From: the human T2T-CHM13v2.0 reference genome, Homo sapiens
Length of the DNA stretch: 64,000 nucleotides
Reading direction: 5' to 3' (one strand)
Assembly (NCBI RefSeq): GCF_009914755.1
Contig: NC_060932.1
Shown: piece after piece, positions 60,901 through 64,000 of the stretch
How the letters are laid out: each line of letters starts with the position of its first letter
Numbering within the stretch: the stretch's first letter is position 1
Made by a program: the position numbers and the translations under genes
The notes under the pieces: model-generated
The model's input: only the letters and a program-made list of their open reading frames with translations
Databases searched by the model: none
Told to the model about the DNA's origin: nothing

Positions 60901-61488
60901 TTCTCTCCTCTTCATCCTTTGTTGCCACTAAAAGCCTTCTCTAAGCAAACCAGCCTGCTCACTAAATCCAAACCTGCCCTAAACAACCCTGCTCTCAAGC
61001 ATGCAGTCCCCTCATGTCCCCCTTTCTTTGGGGACACCTCTCAGGCTGTGGACCTCTGGAAAGTAAAGCTTAGGTTGAGTCATCTGTGTCTTCAGGGCCT
61101 GACACAGCACCTAGCTCTGGGACCATCTATCTGACACCTAGCAGAAAGGCAGGAAGAACACTTCCCAGGTTAAAACAACAACAACAATGACAACAACAAC
61201 AACAAAAATCTGCAGGCAGAGGTGGTCCTATTCACTGGGTGATGACACTTTTACTGGGGTGATGAACTTATTTACACAAAGGGTTAGTTAGCCTTTTACC
61301 TGTCTAGATCAGCTCCTCATCTAGACTGGAACCTCTCTGAGGGCAGGGCCCATTTTGTAGGTTTATAACTGCTCAACTGCAGGTTATAGCTGTAGTCTTG
61401 TAACTCCTTGTACAGTGTCTCACAAAGCCAGGCACTCAGAGAGAATTTGCTGATTTGAGAAAGGAAAACACCTGACAAGTCAAACAGC

Positions 61489-61494
61489 TTTATT
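61489..61494 (-). terminator. Candidate proximal PNMA2 polyadenylation signal
   Basis: Minus-strand AATAAA with UGUA upstream and GU/U-rich downstream (gctgtttgacttgtcaggtgttttcctttc). Confidence 0.5.
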
Positions 61495-61724
61495 TTTCAA
61501 ACATTACAAAAGGTATTTTTTTTTTTTGACTGCCAATTCTTTCTTCTATGGTATGGGCCAATTCTGGTCTATTTGGGATTATTTAAAGAAAATTGGAAGT
61601 ACAAGTGTTTCAGATTCCTTCAGGCTTACTATTTAATATTTGGAGTTTAATCTTTTGTTCATTAATAATCTACATAGGGTCTAAGAAACTCCTAGATATT
61701 TTTTTCTTAAAAAGAAAAATCAAG

Positions 61725-62043
61725 GGCCAGGCATGGCGGTTCATGCCTGTAATCCCAGCACTTTGGGAGGCCGAGTTGGGCACATCATTTGAGCCTAGGG
61801 GTTCCAGACCAGCCTGAGCAACACAGCAAAACCCTGTCTCTACCAAAAATACAAAAGAATAGCTAGGCATGGTGGTGCGTGCCTGTAGTCCCAGGTACTT
61901 GGGAGGCTAAGGTGTGAGGATCACCTGAGCCTGAGCCTGGGAAGTCAAGGCTGCAGTGAGCCGAGATTTTTGTGCCACTGCACTCTAGCCTGGGTGATGA
62001 GAGTGAGACCCAAGAAATAAAGAAGAAAGAGAAAAAGAAAAAA
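61725..62043 (+). mobile_element. AluJ (antisense within the PNMA2 3'UTR)
   Basis: Dimer with a purine-expanded tail. Confidence 0.92.
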
Positions 62044-62134
62044 GGAAGGAAGGAAGGAAAGAGAGGAGAGGAGAGGAGAGAGGAGGAGAGAAGGAGAGAA
62101 GGAGGAAGGGAGGGAAGGAAGGAAGGAAGGAAGG
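62044..62134. repeat. (GGAA)n/(GGAGA)n simple repeat
   Basis: Directly visible; a CU-rich tract in the PNMA2 mRNA. Confidence 0.9.
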
Positions 62135-62238
62135 TCAATAATTGGCTTTCATGGTTTGATTTCAGTCCCATACATTAAAGAAAAAAATTTTTTAAAGGTC
62201 TTAGCCCACTGGCTGTGGGTCCTGCCCCCAGGTGGTTT

Positions 62239-63333
62239 TCAGTCGTCTCCCTCATGATTCCAGCGGCCATAGCCATCTCGTTCCTCTGGCTCTTCGATAC
62301 TCTCATTCTCAAAGGAGGCCTCTTCCTCCTCTTCTTCCCGTATTACCTTCATTAGCTCAAGGAAGCTGGGGGGCGGGCCCTGATCCTTCAGCTCCCTAAG
62401 CCGGCACCACAGCATCTGGTTAAGAGTGGCCCCAGCCATGACCTGCTCCAGGCGGACCTGGTCCGCAATACGCCGAGGGATGGCGCGTTTCTCCACCGCT
62501 CTCCGGAGCAGGGTTTCTAGCCGTAACACATAGGCTGAGACCTTCTCTCCTTCCTCCTGATAGGTCTTCAGATACCTCACCTGGGCTGTCCTGCGGCTCT
62601 CTAGGCTCCCAAACACTTGCTTAAAGGCCTCCAAACACTCTTCTACACTGATGGACGGGTTGTCTGCCTGCACTATGTGCATGAGGTCCAGGGCAGGGCC
62701 CCGCAGGCTTTCCGCCAGCCACCTTTTCTTTTCTGCCTCTGTTACTGGCCACTCTTTGACTATCTCCGTGGCCTGTTCCAACCAGACCTCAAAGGACTCT
62801 TCCTCTGGGGCTGGGACAGCACTCCCTGAGAATACTCGCAGTTTCCGGTATCTCATGGGTAGCAGGGGCTGAGGCGCATGTGCCATTGCCTGTCCCAACA
62901 AATGGGCCAGTAATTCTGGTGAGATGCAGGGCACTGTGGCTGGAGACACGCCCTCCTGCCCCAGGGCTCGAAACATACCCGAGACCGTCTGCCCCTCTTT
63001 TTCTAGAAACAGGTTCAATCTTTCAAGAAACTCAGTGTCCTGATTAGGGGTCTTAAAGATCACCTTCCAGACACCCCCCTTTCCCTGGACCTCACTGGGA
63101 ATGGCCGAGACATCAGTATCTTCCAGAAGCTCTAGTAAGACAGCATTGGCATTCTCCTGCTTCCGGAATATCTTGCCAAGCAGTCTATACCTGCCCAGAG
63201 ACTTTAAAGTCTCCTGAAGGACCTCCTGAATCTCAGCCTCCTCAAAGTCCGCCGGTATCCCCGTAACCATCAGTGACTTCTGCTCATCCACACTCATTAT
63301 CCTGCACCAGTCCTCTAACAGTGCCAGCGCCAT
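62239..63333 (-). CDS. PNMA2: Paraneoplastic Ma antigen 2 (Ma2/Ta), a domesticated Ty3/Gypsy Gag capsid protein, 364 aa, intronless CDS
   Basis: ORF MALALLEDWCR...RKLRVFSG...FEVWLEQ...QEEGEKVSAYVLRLETLL (MHR-like)...WNHEGDD recognised as PNMA2; strong Kozak ACAATGG. Confidence 0.98.
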   Translation of the reverse strand: MALALLEDWCRIMSVDEQKSLMVTGIPADFEEAEIQEVLQETLKSLGRYRLLGKIFRKQENANAVLLELLEDTDVSAIPSEVQGKGGVWKVIFKTPNQDTEFLERLNLFLEKEGQTVSGMFRALGQEGVSPATVPCISPELLAHLLGQAMAHAPQPLLPMRYRKLRVFSGSAVPAPEEESFEVWLEQATEIVKEWPVTEAEKKRWLAESLRGPALDLMHIVQADNPSISVEECLEAFKQVFGSLESRRTAQVRYLKTYQEEGEKVSAYVLRLETLLRRAVEKRAIPRRIADQVRLEQVMAGATLNQMLWCRLRELKDQGPPPSFLELMKVIREEEEEEASFENESIEEPEERDGYGRWNHEGDD

Positions 63334-63950
63334 TGTCCTAAGAATTGACCCACTCTGACTCTACAGGCACCAATTTGTTAGTGGTGCAGCTATGCACTGA
63401 CTTAATATTGAAAATATCCTGGATGAGCTTCTAACCTTAGAACCCACCAATGAATGGGTCCCAGACTAGGTCACTCAAAGACAGTCACAAAGTTTTCTGG
63501 ACAAATGACCCTGGCCTACTCAGTGGCAAGAACTCAGGACTTCTTGTCTTTAGGCCTGACCCAGGTGGGCAGGTCGTATCTCAGTTCTAACCACACCTGT
63601 GCCCGCAGCTCTGAAGTCCGATTGCCAGTGATTTTCTCAAAGATGCTGGCAGCCACGTGACGCTGACCCTTCTCTGATAGTTGAGGCACCTGGGACAGCT
63701 GCTTTCTCCACAGCCTCCTGGTCTCTGATGTTTCGTCTCTCTCCAGTTGATGGGAAAATGCCTTCCACTCTGGGACCCAGAACTCTTGAAGAGAAGCCTC
63801 CCAGCAGGGCGGCTTGGACCCCTGGTGAAACAATGTTCAGTTTTACTACACAGCACTCTCTTTCCTTGGAAGCATCCATACTCTAATCTGGAATGGAACT
63901 GGGGGCAGATGGCGGTTCTGCTTTACACTGCGCTTGCATTTGTCCCACTC
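63334..63950 (-). other. PNMA2: PNMA2 5'UTR portion of the coding exon (5' boundary uncertain)
   Basis: Repeat-free leader with no AUG in 63334-63872; possible weak acceptor ctgacag| near 63950. Confidence 0.55.
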
Positions 63951-64000
63951 TGTCAGACCCCTTCTTTGCTCACTGTGACTTTTTTTTCTCTTGGGGACTC

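Larger units (their letters stand above)
59262..62238 (-). other. PNMA2: PNMA2 3'UTR (long form, end approximate)
   Basis: AU-rich sequence downstream of the stop, ending at tandem minus-strand AATAAA (59277-59282, 59291-59296). Confidence 0.7.

Noticed and set aside
61234-61340. Doubled GTGATGA (C-box-like) with a downstream CTGA, suggesting a C/D snoRNA
   Set aside because: No terminal stem; explained by a small imperfect tandem duplication.
62149-62241. Readthrough or -1 frameshift into a pol remnant after the PNMA2 stop (as in PEG10/PNMA3)
   Set aside because: The stop context is UGA-A, there is no intact GGGAAAC slippery site before the stop, only 29 codons follow in frame, no protease motif is present, and Alu-derived sequence comes next.

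Overview
Human (primate) euchromatic genomic DNA, densely packed with interspersed repeats: about 47 Alu copies or fragments, many L1/L2/MIR fossils, about 14 ERV/MaLR solo LTRs or LTR fragments, and one Tigger. The only credible protein-coding sequence is the intronless 364-aa ORF of PNMA2 (minus strand, 62239-63333), a domesticated Ty3/Gypsy Gag capsid gene. It has a ~3 kb 3'UTR ending near 59270, and part of its 5'UTR is in the window. This places the window at chr8p21, between BNIP3L and PNMA2/DPYSL2 (from recall, not checked). Nearly all other listed ORFs are Alu-, L1-, simple-repeat- or GC-derived artefacts. The main unexplained structure is: an orphan G-skewed CpG island (2880-4930) followed by plus-strand splice signals; four full palindromic RFX X-boxes, three of them the identical 14-mer; a ~300-nt fold-back inverted duplication; a 68-bp templated insertion in an L1; plus-strand exon and poly(A) signals antisense to the PNMA2 3'UTR; and a strong-Kozak 80-aa uORF followed by an AUG-free leader. 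I see no firm evidence of a wholly new biological system; the findings are testable hypotheses. Repeat subfamily names and boundaries were read by eye and are approximate.
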